42,788 nucleotides of DNA, taken from the NCBI RefSeq assembly GCF_000372725.1, contig NW_005201223.1:65858-108645 (forward strand). Reading direction: 5' to 3'. Every line of letters begins with the position of its first letter. Position 1 is the stretch's first letter. Both the position numbers and the translations under genes were made by a program. Shown in pieces: positions 1-10,927 of this stretch. The notes beneath the pieces are model-generated. The model had not been told where the DNA came from and made no database searches. It saw nothing but the letters and a program-made list of their open reading frames with translations. The DNA is from Emiliania huxleyi CCMP1516. Its lineage: Eukaryota.

Positions 1-260
1 CCCACGGTACACGGCGTCTCCACACTAGGCGAGTCACACATGTGTCGGGATTGGGATCAAAGCGCTGACTGAGAGTCATGAATGAATGTATGTATGTGCA
101 TGTTGTCATGCGAGACGCTCCCGGCGGAGCGACTCATTCATCTTGGCTTGGGTCTGCTGCGCGCTGCTCCGGGGGAGCTTTGCTTTGTGGTGCGGTCGCT
201 GTGGCCTCTGCGAGGAAGAGGAAGCCGAAAGACTTCTACTGACTGGAAATCGTCGCCGAA

Positions 261-1018
261 ATGGACAGGTACGCGGCTGCGCTCAGTGCGAAGTTCTCCC
301 CCGAGTGCATGTGCCTGCAGGACGTGAGCGACGGGCATACACGGCAAGGCTTCGCCGACGGAAGGGTGAAGAAAACGCGAACAACCAATTACTCCTTGTC
401 TCTACACATTACCTGCCCTTGCCACGCTAGGCGCTCGACGCGGAGGGCTTGGAGATTCTCCTGCTCCTCGTCAGTTCCGCCTTTGAGGACCTAGCAGCGC
501 TGCAGCGGCAGCAGGCTCCGTCCTGCCTTTCTCTGTGTCACCTCTGGAGAGCAGCGCTCAGCCGCTGGACCCTCCGGCCCCTCTCCCCTCCCGGCCATCC
601 TCACCCCCCGAAGCAGGCGGTCAATGACATCCTCGGCCCAGACCTGCGAAGTGGCAAAATTCACTCGATTCAGATGCGGTGGCGACTCCACACAACACAC
701 CGATCTCTGACACTCACTCCTCCGCCTTCCACACAGAGCCGCCCTCCCATCAGGTGCTGGACGCCGGCGCAGTGGCAGAAGAAGGGCCGCCCAACAACGC
801 TGCGGTCCGGCGTCCCTTGCGCGCTCATCGCCCTCTCCGAGTCTCCGCTCCTCTCCCTCCCGGCGGCATCCCCCGCCGCCGGCCTCGCCGGGCCGCCTGT
901 GTGCTCGCTGCCGCCATCAAAGGTGTCATCCGAGCCGAGCCTGCCGACGTGGAAGCTGCCGCCAAAGATGGTTGAGCACCAGCAGCTCTGCGAGTGTGGC
1001 GGTGGCGCGGTCTCGTGA
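261..1018 (+). CDS. BolA-family protein, 4 exons (approx. 261-365, 431-514, 617-676, 754-1018), with a Pro/Cys-containing C-terminal extension
   Basis: Spliced translation MDRYAAALSAKFSPECMCLQDVSDGH...EILLLLVSSAFEDLAALQRQQ|AVNDILGPDLRSGKIHSIQM|RCWTPAQW follows the BolA pattern (P..L.D.S..H; VS..FE....L.R...VN..L...L..G.IH.....TP..W). Introns are GT-AG and GC-AG. Confidence 0.8.
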
Positions 1019-1302
1019 GGCGGCGTGCCTACTTGGCCGGGTTTTGCGTGTTTTGAGGACTTGTGCGCGTGGCTGATGCTAGCGGCTGATGTGGCGTCAG
1101 GTGTGTATGTGGTGTGGAGGGAACGTCTGCATGGACATGGTTGGGAGGCTACACGGGCGACACGAGGGTCCTCGCGCTATCGCTCTCGATCCTCTCTCTC
1201 CGCGTGGTCTGTGATTGTGTTTTTTTTGCGCGTCATGTGTGTGTGTCGTCCGCCCAAACTCTTGATGATGTGTTGAACCATTTCTAACTCACAACTTTCT
1301 AG

Positions 1303-1597
1303 TCTCTCTCTATATATAAAGCAATGCAATCTCCGCTCATCCTAACATAAGTGGACGTCGACTCCACCGACGTGCGACGAGACGTGTGTGCGCCCACGGC
1401 GCGCGCACCGGGGCCCACGTACACGCTCTCTCCGACGTCCGAGACCGCGAGAGCGAGACGCGCGAGGTCGATCACAGCATGCGCTCCAATCGCTGGTTCG
1501 ACTCGTTGCGCCTCGGGTGTGCGCCTCTCGCCGCACACCGGATTCCTGCTCGCACGACCGTGTCGACGCTCGCGACGCGCGCCCGGCAAGAGGCTAC
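1303..1597 (+). mobile_element. Possible degenerate non-autonomous Helitron
   Basis: Starts TCTCTCTCTATATATAAAG (Helitron-like 5' TC plus AT-rich run). Ends with an imperfect GC hairpin (GCTCGC-GAC-GCGCGC) about 11 nt before CTAC|T; canonical is CTRR|T. Confidence 0.3.
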
Positions 1598-1598
1598 T

Positions 1599-1601
<3 letters not shown>

Positions 1602-1634
<33 letters not shown>
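1602..1634. repeat. (CT)n microsatellite
   Basis: Directly visible. Confidence 0.95.
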
Positions 1635-1637
<3 letters not shown>

Positions 1638-1721
1638 CCGCTCGCTCGCCCCTTGCGTGGGTCCGAGCTTACTACACTAACGCCTCTTGTGTGGCGGGCG
1701 GGTGCGCCTCTCACGCCCCTC

Positions 1722-4211
1722 TCACCGGAGGGTGTCGGGGAGGACGGCCTGCTGCTGGTTGGCGAGGAGCACGTCCCCCATGGAGGGCGTCCTGGAGAGG
1801 CCCGACGCTGTCGCAGCCTCCGAGAGCGCGTCCTCGTCCTCGCGCGGGTCCTTGCCCTCCGCCTTGGCCTTGAGGCCCTTGCCGGCGGAGGTGAGGACCA
1901 CGACCCGCGGCGACTTGGCCACCGCCTCGCCCTCTCCTACAGACGCAGAGAAGGCGCGTGGCTGGTCGTGCTGGATGGGCGCTTGCCCGCTGCTCGCCGC
2001 CCTCCGCCTGCGCTCCTCCGCCCCTCCTCCTTGCGCCTCGCCGCCGCGTCCTGCTCGCGCCTGGCGGCGCCGCGGCGCTCGTACTGCATCAGCCGGCCTG
2101 CGGCGGCACCGAGGGGTGGTGGAGAGGGAGCGACGGCCACCCCTAGCCCTCTGAGAGATCGGCTCTCGCCAATGTGCCACGAGAGGAGCGGGTGCAGCAG
2201 CGCCGCGACGACGAAGCCGCCGCCGACGATGAGAGCGATGTGCGACACGTCGCCGGCCGCGTGCGTGAAGCGGGCGCCCCACTGAGTGATCCTCTGCGCG
2301 TGCTGGCCGAGGACGGTCGCGGCGAGGCCGAGCGCGCCGACCACCGCCGCAGCGTGGTGCGGCGGCAGCGCCGTCAGCTGGAGCGCAAAGCCGAGGACGA
2401 AGCAGATAAACTAGGAGTTGGGTCGGGGTGCGCGCGTGTGGGGCCGTGGGTGGCAGAGGGGCGGGAGGCGGGAGGTGGACGATGGAGGGTGGAGGGTGGA
2501 GGCACTCGCACCTGCACGAAGCGCGGATCGCCGCGCTTGCGGTAGACGAAGGCGAGGTTGACCACGGAGAGGGCGAGGTTGGGCAGGAGGGCGACGAGGT
2601 CGACCTTCGCGTGCAGAAAGTAATAGGCGACGACCGCGTTGGCGGCATAGGCGGTCGCGTTGAAGGCGAAGGAGAAGGTGGTGGCCGAGATGAAGCCATG
2701 GAACTTGAGCGTCTGGGGGGAGGCGGCGGCAGCCCGTCGGGGAGCGGCGGGAGGGGAGAGGCGTGTGCGGCGTGTGCGGCGGGAGGGGCGGGAGGTGCGG
2801 GAGGTGCGGCGCCTGCAGGAAGAAAGCGGTGGTCACGTTGTGCGCGATGTCGAGCGAGACGAAGAGCGGGACGAAGCGCCACTCGGGCGGCAGCAGGCCT
2901 CGCATGTGCAGCGACACAAAGTAGGGCACAGCCACCTGCCGGCCCGAGATCCGCCGAGATGAGCCGAGATGCAGCCGAGGCGCGAGGCGGGGTGCGCCGC
3001 CGCCTGCGACTTGAAGACATAGTTGAGCCGCACCACCTTGACCTGCCGAGGGACGGGCGGGGCGGGAGGAGCGCTCGTCGCACAGCGCGCACGGCGGGCC
3101 GCCCCACATCCTACCGCCCACGTCCCAGCCCGCCCACATCCGCGCCACCGGGCGGCGGAGCTGACGCCGGCAGCGGCGGCGGCGTGGTGCGGCTGGCGCT
3201 CTCTCGCCTGCAGGTTGATCCACGCCACCCGCCAGGCCGAGAGCTTGCGTCCGTTGGCCGCCTCATTGCCCGCCTCCCAGTCGGCGTACGAGGTCTTTGG
3301 GAAGGTAGCGCGCGACATGAACCAAAACATGGCGAAGGAGAAGTAGGCGAGCTTGGCCGCCGCGCCGCGCGAGGAGGTCGGGTGCTCCGCCGCCGACCCC
3401 TCAAAGCACGGCAGGAAGGCGCCGTGCTGCAGCGCGATGACCACCTGCGCGAGCAGGGCCGCGGGGAAGGGTTGCGGGAGTCGTCGGGAGGCGCTGTGTC
3501 AGGAGTATGGGAGGACGGTGAGCCGCCCCCAAAGACTACGATCTCCAGCCAGAGCTCCCATTGGAGGCCGTTTCTATGGCTTCCCTCTCTACCCGAGGCT
3601 CTGCTCGGACCTGGAACCAAAAGTTCTCGACGAGGAAGCCGTACCTGCGGTGAGCACGGGCGGCAGGGGATCACGGCTGACGACGAGATTGGCGTGGTGG
3701 GGCAGGAGGCTGAGGAGGTTTGGTCCTCTCCTCTCCTCTCCTCTCCTCACCTCTCTTTTCTCCTCTCCTCTCCTCTCCTCTCCTCTCCTCTCCTCTCCTC
3801 AAGGAGGGTGCGGAAAGCGGCGGGGCTGGGCGGCGAGGCTGGCGGTAAGGCGAACGGGAGAGTAAGTGCGTGCGCTGTGGCCGAGCTCCGATGTGGAGCG
3901 CGGCGGAGAGGCCAGAGTGGAGAGGCGGGGAGAGAGGAGCGAGGAGGTGCCGCTCACGAAAACGTCCGGCTCTCGGCGAACATGCCCTTGTTGACGTCGG
4001 ATTTGGCTAGGTGGCCAAAGTTGCGCAGCGCCGAGGCTGTCACGAGGCACCCACACACTTTCATGGCCATGAACCACAAAAAGTCGGCGCTGTAGCGCCG
4101 CTCGCAAAACATAAAGCCGTAAAAGTCGAGCGCTTCGAGAACGAGGTAGGTGACACCGAGCACCTTGTGGTCCGAATGCCGGAGCGGGTTGACCAATGTC
4201 CTGAAATTCAT
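1722..4211 (-). CDS. Multi-exon polytopic membrane protein of unknown function
   Basis: Exons join to MNFRTLVNPLRHSDHKVLGVTYLVLEALDFYGF...KGMFAESRTFS|YGFLVENFWFQ|VVIALQHG...SRATFPKTSY...|VKVVRLNYVFK|QVAVPYF...TTAFFLQ|TLKFHGFISATTFSFAFN... Multiple hydrophobic segments, consistent GT/GC-AG boundaries, stop at 1722-1724. Confidence 0.7.
3724..3800. repeat. (CTCCT)n pentamer repeat in intron 1 of the membrane-protein gene
   Basis: Directly visible. Confidence 0.9.
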
Positions 4212-4428
4212 CACGTGACCGTTCGCGCCGGCCGGGCCGGCAAGTGGGCGATCAGCGCAAGGTCGACCAAGGGATGAGAATCGGCGCGGGTTCCCTTTCT
4301 TTGAAATGCGAAACTCCAGAAATAGCGCGCGGTTTGAAGAGCTTTTGAAAGACAAAGTTAGCCCGGAAAAGAAACCTAGCATCCTGTACAGATCCGCTTG
4401 GTTCGATTCATGGAGGCAGGCATCGCCG

Positions 4429-6757
4429 ATGTGGTCTAGCACAAAGACAATTGCTTACGAGGTCAACCACTGCTGGATCTCTCCGCTTCGCCGAGGGCCG
4501 GCGGAGGTTGCGGACGCAGAATGCGAGGTGGAGCGGGCGAGGGCTGCCGCCGTGGCTGCGGCGAGTTCGGCAGCTGCGGCGGCAGAGGCGGCGGTTGCGG
4601 CGGCCACGGAGCGGCGGAGGGCCGTGGTGGTCGCTGCAGCGTCACGAAGCGGGGGCCACAGCACTAGCTTGTGGCGCCGGAGCCGGCGTCCCAGCCTCAC
4701 CGCAGAAGCTGCCTCCTCCTCGGGAGTGAGTGCGGCGGCAGCGGTGTCGGAGATCCACGCCAACGCCGCGGCGGCGGCAGCCAACCTCGAGTCTCACGAC
4801 GTCAAGCGCACGGCCGTGCCTGTCCGCCTCGCCGACGATGTGGGCGTCCGGCCTGTTGACCTCGCCGCCGCCCGCTTCGCCGGCAGAGCAGAGGTGCTCC
4901 CGCCGCTGCCGTCCGGCCTGCTGCTCGCGCTCCTCCTCCTCGCTGTGTCGACGCTGGGCCCGGCCCTCGTCGAGATCTGGTCGCGACTCCACCGGCGCAG
5001 AGGCCGTCTTCGCGCAGAGGGCATCGGAGGGGAGAGAGGCGAGGCTGGCGGCGGCGAGGCTGGCGGCGGCGAGGGCGCAAACCGGCCGGCTGAGGAGTGC
5101 AGCGGGGAGGAGGAGGAGGAGGAGGAGTGGCTGCGTGCCGTGACCGCCTCTGCCGCCAAGCTGCCGACGAGGGCGGTGAGGGCGGCGGGCGGGCACGCGA
5201 GGTGGGAGCAAGGCTGGCGAGAGCAACAGCGAGCGCTCGCCCTCGCGTCGCTCGGCCGTCTTTGCTCCGGCGCGGCGAGGCAGCGTGCGCTGCTGTGCTG
5301 GCGGAGCGCGGCGGCGGCGATTGCCGCCGACGAGGCGCTCGCGGCGTCCGAAGACGAGCGCGCGAAGGCGCGAGAGAGGGGGTGGGAGGGGGTGGGAGGA
5401 TGAGGGTGAGGCGGATGAGAGGGGTGAGGACGGGTCGGAGGGCCTCAGTGCGTGGCACACGGCCCACTAACTTGTCCGCCAACACCGCGGCACGTCCCTT
5501 CGGCACGTCCCTCGCGGAGCCCCCCCGCCTCCCCCGCCCTCCCAGGCGTTGGGCGAGCGCGACCACGCGCTGGGCCTCCTTCACACCTTCGAGGCGAGAT
5601 GGCCCGAGATGGCCCGAGATGGCCCGAGATGGCCCGAGATGGCCCAAGATGGCCCGAGAGTATTCTCCACTGACGAGGACATCAGCCGCCGCAAGAGGAG
5701 GAGGAGGAGGAGGGGCCTCTTCGCCGAAGCCTCTCGCGCCCTTTCTGCAGGCGAGGCTGCAGCCGCCGGAGGAGGAGGAGGCTGCTGCAGCCGCCGGGCG
5801 GATCGGTGCTGCTGCAGCCTCCTCGGCGGCGGATCGGTCGCTCGGCGTCAGCGACGCATCCGTCGAGATTGCAATGTCCCTCCGCTCGCTGCGCACAAAC
5901 CTCTCGCGCGTCACGGAGCCGGCAGCCGGAGGGCACAGGCGCACTCTCCCCGCCGCCCTCCCCGCCGCCCTCCCCGCCGCCCTCCCGCTGCCGCCGCCGA
6001 ATTTGCTTTGCGTCGGCGGCGGCGCACCGCCCCCGCCAGACCCGTGACCCATTGCGCCTCAGGCTGGCGGACCGCTTGGCCGAGGTTCCTCGCCTCGCGT
6101 CGGTGGCCACATCACTGCTGCCGCGGCTGGCCGGCACAGTCTCGCCCTCGCGCCTCTTCTCGCACATGCTGCGCGAGGCGCCGCCCGAGAGAGAGTGCTC
6201 TCACCCTCCCCCACCCCACCCACCCAACCCCGCACCCACCCAGACCACCGCCACCACCTTCCGCAACCCTCGCCCGCCCCCGACGGCCCCTCACCCGCCC
6301 CCGACGCCCCACCCCACGCGGTCTTCGCCCCGCCCCTTCCAGGTCAACGACGCGCTCGCCCTCGAGGCGGAGCGCAAGCGGCGCGCCGAGGTCCTCGCTG
6401 CGACGAGCGCTGCGCTGCGGGGCCTGCACGGCGCGGCGGAGCACGGCGCGGCGGAGGCGGTCGCGGCGGAGGAGGTCGCCTCGCTCGGCCTGCCAAGGCG
6501 AGGGCCGTTGCCCGCGGCCCCGCGCCTCTGCGCGTGGACAGTCGAGACAGACTCGTAGCCCGCACCGAGCCCCGGCCCGCCCTTCGCCGCTCAGGATCTC
6601 GCGGCGGAGGTCCAACCTCACGGCGGAGAACGTGCAGCGGCACGAGAAACTGCTGAGCCCCCTCCGCGTGCCGGAGCTGCTCGGCCGCAACCCCTCGGGC
6701 ACTGCCCCGCGCGGCGGCTGGCCAAGGAGTCCGGCGGGCTACGCGCACAGCCACTAG
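4429..6757 (+). CDS. Hypothetical Ala-rich multi-exon protein with one predicted TM helix
   Basis: Long ORF with hydrophobic LLLALLLLAVSTLGPALVEIW, followed by short exon-like blocks separated by repeat-filled introns. Divergent from the upstream gene. No family recognised; ends uncertain. Confidence 0.4.
5596..5659. repeat. (GAGATGGCCC)n 10-bp tandem repeat, probably intronic
   Basis: About 6 near-perfect units. Confidence 0.9.
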
Positions 6758-8143
6758 CCTTGGCGTGTATTGACAGTGATGTATTACATGTAGGATACGT
6801 ACATCCCACCGCAATCGTTTCTAGAGCGACTCAAACTCCTCATCAAGACACTCTCAATCAGGGGGCAGGGCGCGCCGCGGGCGCCGCGCGCACACCAAAA
6901 CCCACACGCCCCTAGCATGCTGAACGCAACGTAGGGCGTCAAGCGCCTCCCCGTACCACATCATCTGGCACCCCCATTACGTGCTCATACCATGCCATGC
7001 ATAAAGTACCCAGCGGGGCGGGAAGCACCTCACATAATGCAAAAGCAAGCACGGGGTTGCGCCCCCCCGGCAGGCGGCATCGCCGCGGCGCGGAGAATGG
7101 AGTCTCGCAGGTCGGGCGTACGCCCCGCGCCCAGCATTGCCCCTAGTAGGTGTAGCATCCCCCTCACTCCGCCGCCGATGCACTCCTCGAGCTCAACAGG
7201 CTCACTTCCCAAGGGGTCTGCGGCGGCCGCTCCGGCGCTCTCGCTCTGTCGGTCTGGGGCGGAAGCAGCTCGCGGGGCCTGCTGGGCACGGCTCGGCGGC
7301 AGCTCGAGGGGCTCCGCTCCCAGCAGCGCGAGCATCGACGCTCGCCGCCCCTCCCGCGAGCAGCCTGCGCCACACGCCTCCTGCATGAGCGAGGGCGACC
7401 ACGACTGCATCCGCCTTAGCTTGACCGGGGAGGTCTGGCGAAGCGTGCCGAGCGAGACTTTGGCGGCCTCGCTCAGGTGCGAGGTGACCGGGTGACAGGC
7501 GACCGCCATCAGTGCCGTCTTCTGACGCTCGTGTGCTCTTGCGGGAGCTCGCGGGGGGGACCACTCACTCAGGAGAGGGGGGAACATAAGATTTGGAAGA
7601 TTTCGTCGCTACCCGGGTATCAGTTACAAGATTCTGGTGTGGACAGGCACGAGGCACCGCCTCCGAGATGCATGAGGTATTTCCCTCTCTAAGAGCCAGA
7701 ATAAAACATTTGAGCCGCGACGGTGCCCGCCACTCGCCCGTTGTGAGAGCTGAGAGGGAGAGAGGCCTGCCTTGTGGCTGTCGCGGCAGAGAGAGACAAC
7801 AAGAAATCACGACTTTCTTCTCGCGGCAGAGCCCCACGAACGCGACGCGACGGAGAAAATATCCTATGACGCTGTGCGCTGGTCCCTATGAGAGGTTGAG
7901 GTGCGAGCCCTGGAGGCCCTGGGGATGGAGGGAGACTACCCGCGGGCCTAGAAGGTCCTTCACACCCAAGGACGAAAGAAGCACGCGCGTTCTTTGCGGG
8001 AACCACCGGGGTGCGTTCTTACCCCGGAGCGACCTCCTCACACTCAGCCTGCGGAGGCGGTAGCGCTGCAGCCTCAGCGGCTCCGGCCTCATGCAGCACA
8101 ACGAACGAAAGACATCGCCCGCAGCCCTCGAGAGAGCTGATGA

Positions 8144-8761
8144 AGCCGCCACGTAGCGAAGTACATCTCTGCAACCAGCGGACTCTACCCACCGCTCGAG
8201 CTCCGGCGCGGCGTGAGCGTTGCCAGCACGCTCACATCCTTCGACTCGCTGTCCAGCTGCCACTCGACCAATATCTTTGCCACGCAACCGGACAAGCTGG
8301 CACTTCAAGATCGCGAGCGCCTCTTCCATCGGTCGCGGCCTGTCTGCGCCATAGACTGCTTCGTTTCGCACGCCTGGCGGTCAGAGGGAAGCCGCAAGTG
8401 GATGGCCCTCGCTCTCCACGAGGCCGGCCTCGTTCCGCTGGCCGTCGCCCTGCTCGCGTGCCTTGCGATGGGCTTGATTCAACGTTCGGTCAAGCTGCCT
8501 GGCAACGTCCGCCTGGTGGCTGAGAACCGCATCGCTTTCTACGTGTCACCATATGAGTACACCGCTGGGCTGCTCGCCGCCGTCGCCTCGATCTTCCTCC
8601 TCCTCGCCATGCAGCGCACACGCACTTACTTTGTTGACGCGGCGTGCATCCACCAAACGAACCGAGCTCTGAAGACTCAAGGCATCCGGCATTTGGCAGG
8701 TTACGTGGCAATGTCGTCGAAGCTGCTGGTCCTCTGGGATACCCAGGTTGATGATCAGTAG
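8144..8761 (+). pseudogene. Truncated TIR-like protein fragment with two inserted TM helices
   Basis: IDCFVSHAWRSEGSRKWMAL - two hydrophobic segments - YFVDAACIHQT..LKTQGIRHLAGYVAMSSKLLVLWDTQ. No downstream Y..RLWC..E exon found. In-frame stop just upstream (8141-8143) and no ATG. Confidence 0.55.
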
Positions 8762-8820
8762 CTTGGTATTTGCACCATAGTGTCGCAATTTGTGCCACGC
8801 TTGGATAATCAACGCTTCTG

Positions 8821-9212
8821 AGCTCCCCGGCCCTGGATGTGCGGTTAATGACTGCACTCCAAGTGCTCCTCGCATCTGTCCACGCCACACACACACCCTG
8901 ACACACACGGGCAGAGAGAGGAGCCCCACTGGGCGGCCACACGGCAATCTTATAAGCGGTGCGCAAGGTTCGGTGCACGTGGGTGAGCAACCCTCGGGCC
9001 TGCCAAGCGATGGTAAAATAAAAAAGAATTCAGTAGTGGCCATCTCAGAGACAGCGGGAGCCGGGAGCGCATATAGAGAGACAGCGGGAGGCCATATGAG
9101 GGTCGATCTCGAGGGAAGGGCGCCAACACGACCCCACCGAGGGGGTTCTCCGGTGTACGCAGGACGGGAAACCGGTTATAAAAACTAAAGTTACAGAAAA
9201 CGGACACACCTC
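8821..9212 (+). repeat. Interspersed element copy A (unclassified, non-coding)
   Basis: Shares the perfect 21-mer TGACTGCACTCCAAGTGCTCC with 12899 and 20178, and AAAACGGACAC (9197-9207) with copy B. Internal direct repeat AGAGACAGCGGGAG x2. Confidence 0.65.
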
Positions 9213-9424
9213 ACAGAGAGGAGGTGGGGGTAGCCGAAAAAAAGGAAGCGGGTCCCCTGTGCGGACTGCGGTGGCTTCTGCAGCTCTTGGCGCGCAAGAC
9301 GGCGTTCTTCGTTTGGCGGCTTTGGCGGGAAAGACGAGCGGAGAAAAGTGCGCCCTCCCGCCTACTCCCGTGCTCCCAAGAACAGCACCCCACCGTCCCG
9401 TTTGTTCGTCGGCGGCCGCGCCGC

Positions 9425-10875
9425 CTACCCGCTGCCCGTCTGCACGTCGAGCAGACTGTCCACCTCCTCGGGCGTGTGCAGCAGTATGGCGCTGCCGCCG
9501 TCGGCGTAGCCGCTCTCCGGCCGCGAGATGAGCTGGTGCATGCGCCTGTGCGTCGCCGCCAGCATCTGCGCGGCGCGGCGCGACGCGGCGGCGCGGAGGC
9601 GCGGCGTGGCGAGCCGGTGAGCGTGCGGCAGCAGCTCGCCGCCGCCGCGCGTGAAGAGGAGTGAGTAGAAGGAGCGCATCGCCTGCTCATGGGACGATGT
9701 GTGTGAAGAGACGATTGAGGGTGGCGAGCCGAAGGAGCGGGTCGCCGACGAGAGCGCGAGCGACTCAAGCCCGACCATCGAGCAGAGCTGCAGCTGCGGC
9801 TGCGCGGCGGCGGTGCGCAGCGCGTCCAGCTTGGGCGCGAGGCCGCACTCCTCGAAGAAAGTGTCTGCCGTCGCGCGCACGAGAGCAGCCAGCAGCTGCT
9901 CCGTGTGCGCGTCCAGCTCGGCGCATGCCGACGCGGCGACAGCGTGCGCGCTGAGCACGCCGCGCGTCGCCTGGAGAGGAGCGTGCGATGGACATGTCGT
10001 GGACGCGTCCCTCTCGAGTGCGCCGCTCAGCACGCCCCGCGTCACCTCGGCGCAGTTGAGCAGAAACATGGCGCGCTCCTCCGGCCGGAGCGGCCCGCCG
10101 CCGCCGCCGCCGCCGGTTGCCTCGCCCCGCAAGACGTGGCTCAGCGTCGCAGCGAGGCCACCGCTACCTCCTCCTCCCCCGCCGCCTCCCCCGCCGCCTG
10201 CGCCTCCTCCTCCGCCGCCGCCGCCGCCCCCCGCGCCGCTCGCCGCGAGTTCGCCGAGCAGCCGCAGCGGCGGCTCGATGAAGGCGTGCAGCGTCGCCGC
10301 CACCACGCCCTCCCACCCCGCAACGTCCCCACTGGCGCCGGCGCCACCCAGTAGCGGCGTCACCTCGGGAGAGTGCGAGGGCGGGGTGGGGGCGGCGGCG
10401 GCCGGCGACGCGGCGACGGCCTCGAGCAGCTCATCGAGGAGAGCGCCTATCTCGGCGCAATCTCGGCTGATCTCGGGCGTCGAGGAGGGGCGCCGAGGGC
10501 AAGGAGCCGGCCGAGAAGGTGGTGAGCAGGCGGCTGGGAGGTGGCTGGGAGGTGGCTGGGAGGCGGCTGGGAGGTGCCTGGGAGGCGGCTGGGAGGTGGC
10601 TGGGAGGCGGCTGGGTGGTGGTGTGTCCTCTATCTAGAGCGGCACCCAAGCGCAGCAGCGGCCTCGGTGCAGACAAGTCGGCGGGCACGCGGCGAACGCC
10701 CGCCAGCGCGCCGCTCACCTCCGCCGCCAGCGCCGCCTCATACCTCCGTGCCGTCAGCATGGCGCAGCGCGACAGCGCCTCACCCAGCCCGATCGGAGGC
10801 GGCGCAGCCCCGTCGCCCTCTTCGCCGCCTCCGCCTCCGCCTCCGCCTCCGCCTCCGCCGCCCTCTGCACTCTCT

Positions 10876-10927
<52 letters not shown>

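Noticed and set aside
7030..7587. 185-aa minus-strand ORF
   Set aside because: No recognisable motif or splice support; could be a gene but cannot be supported.
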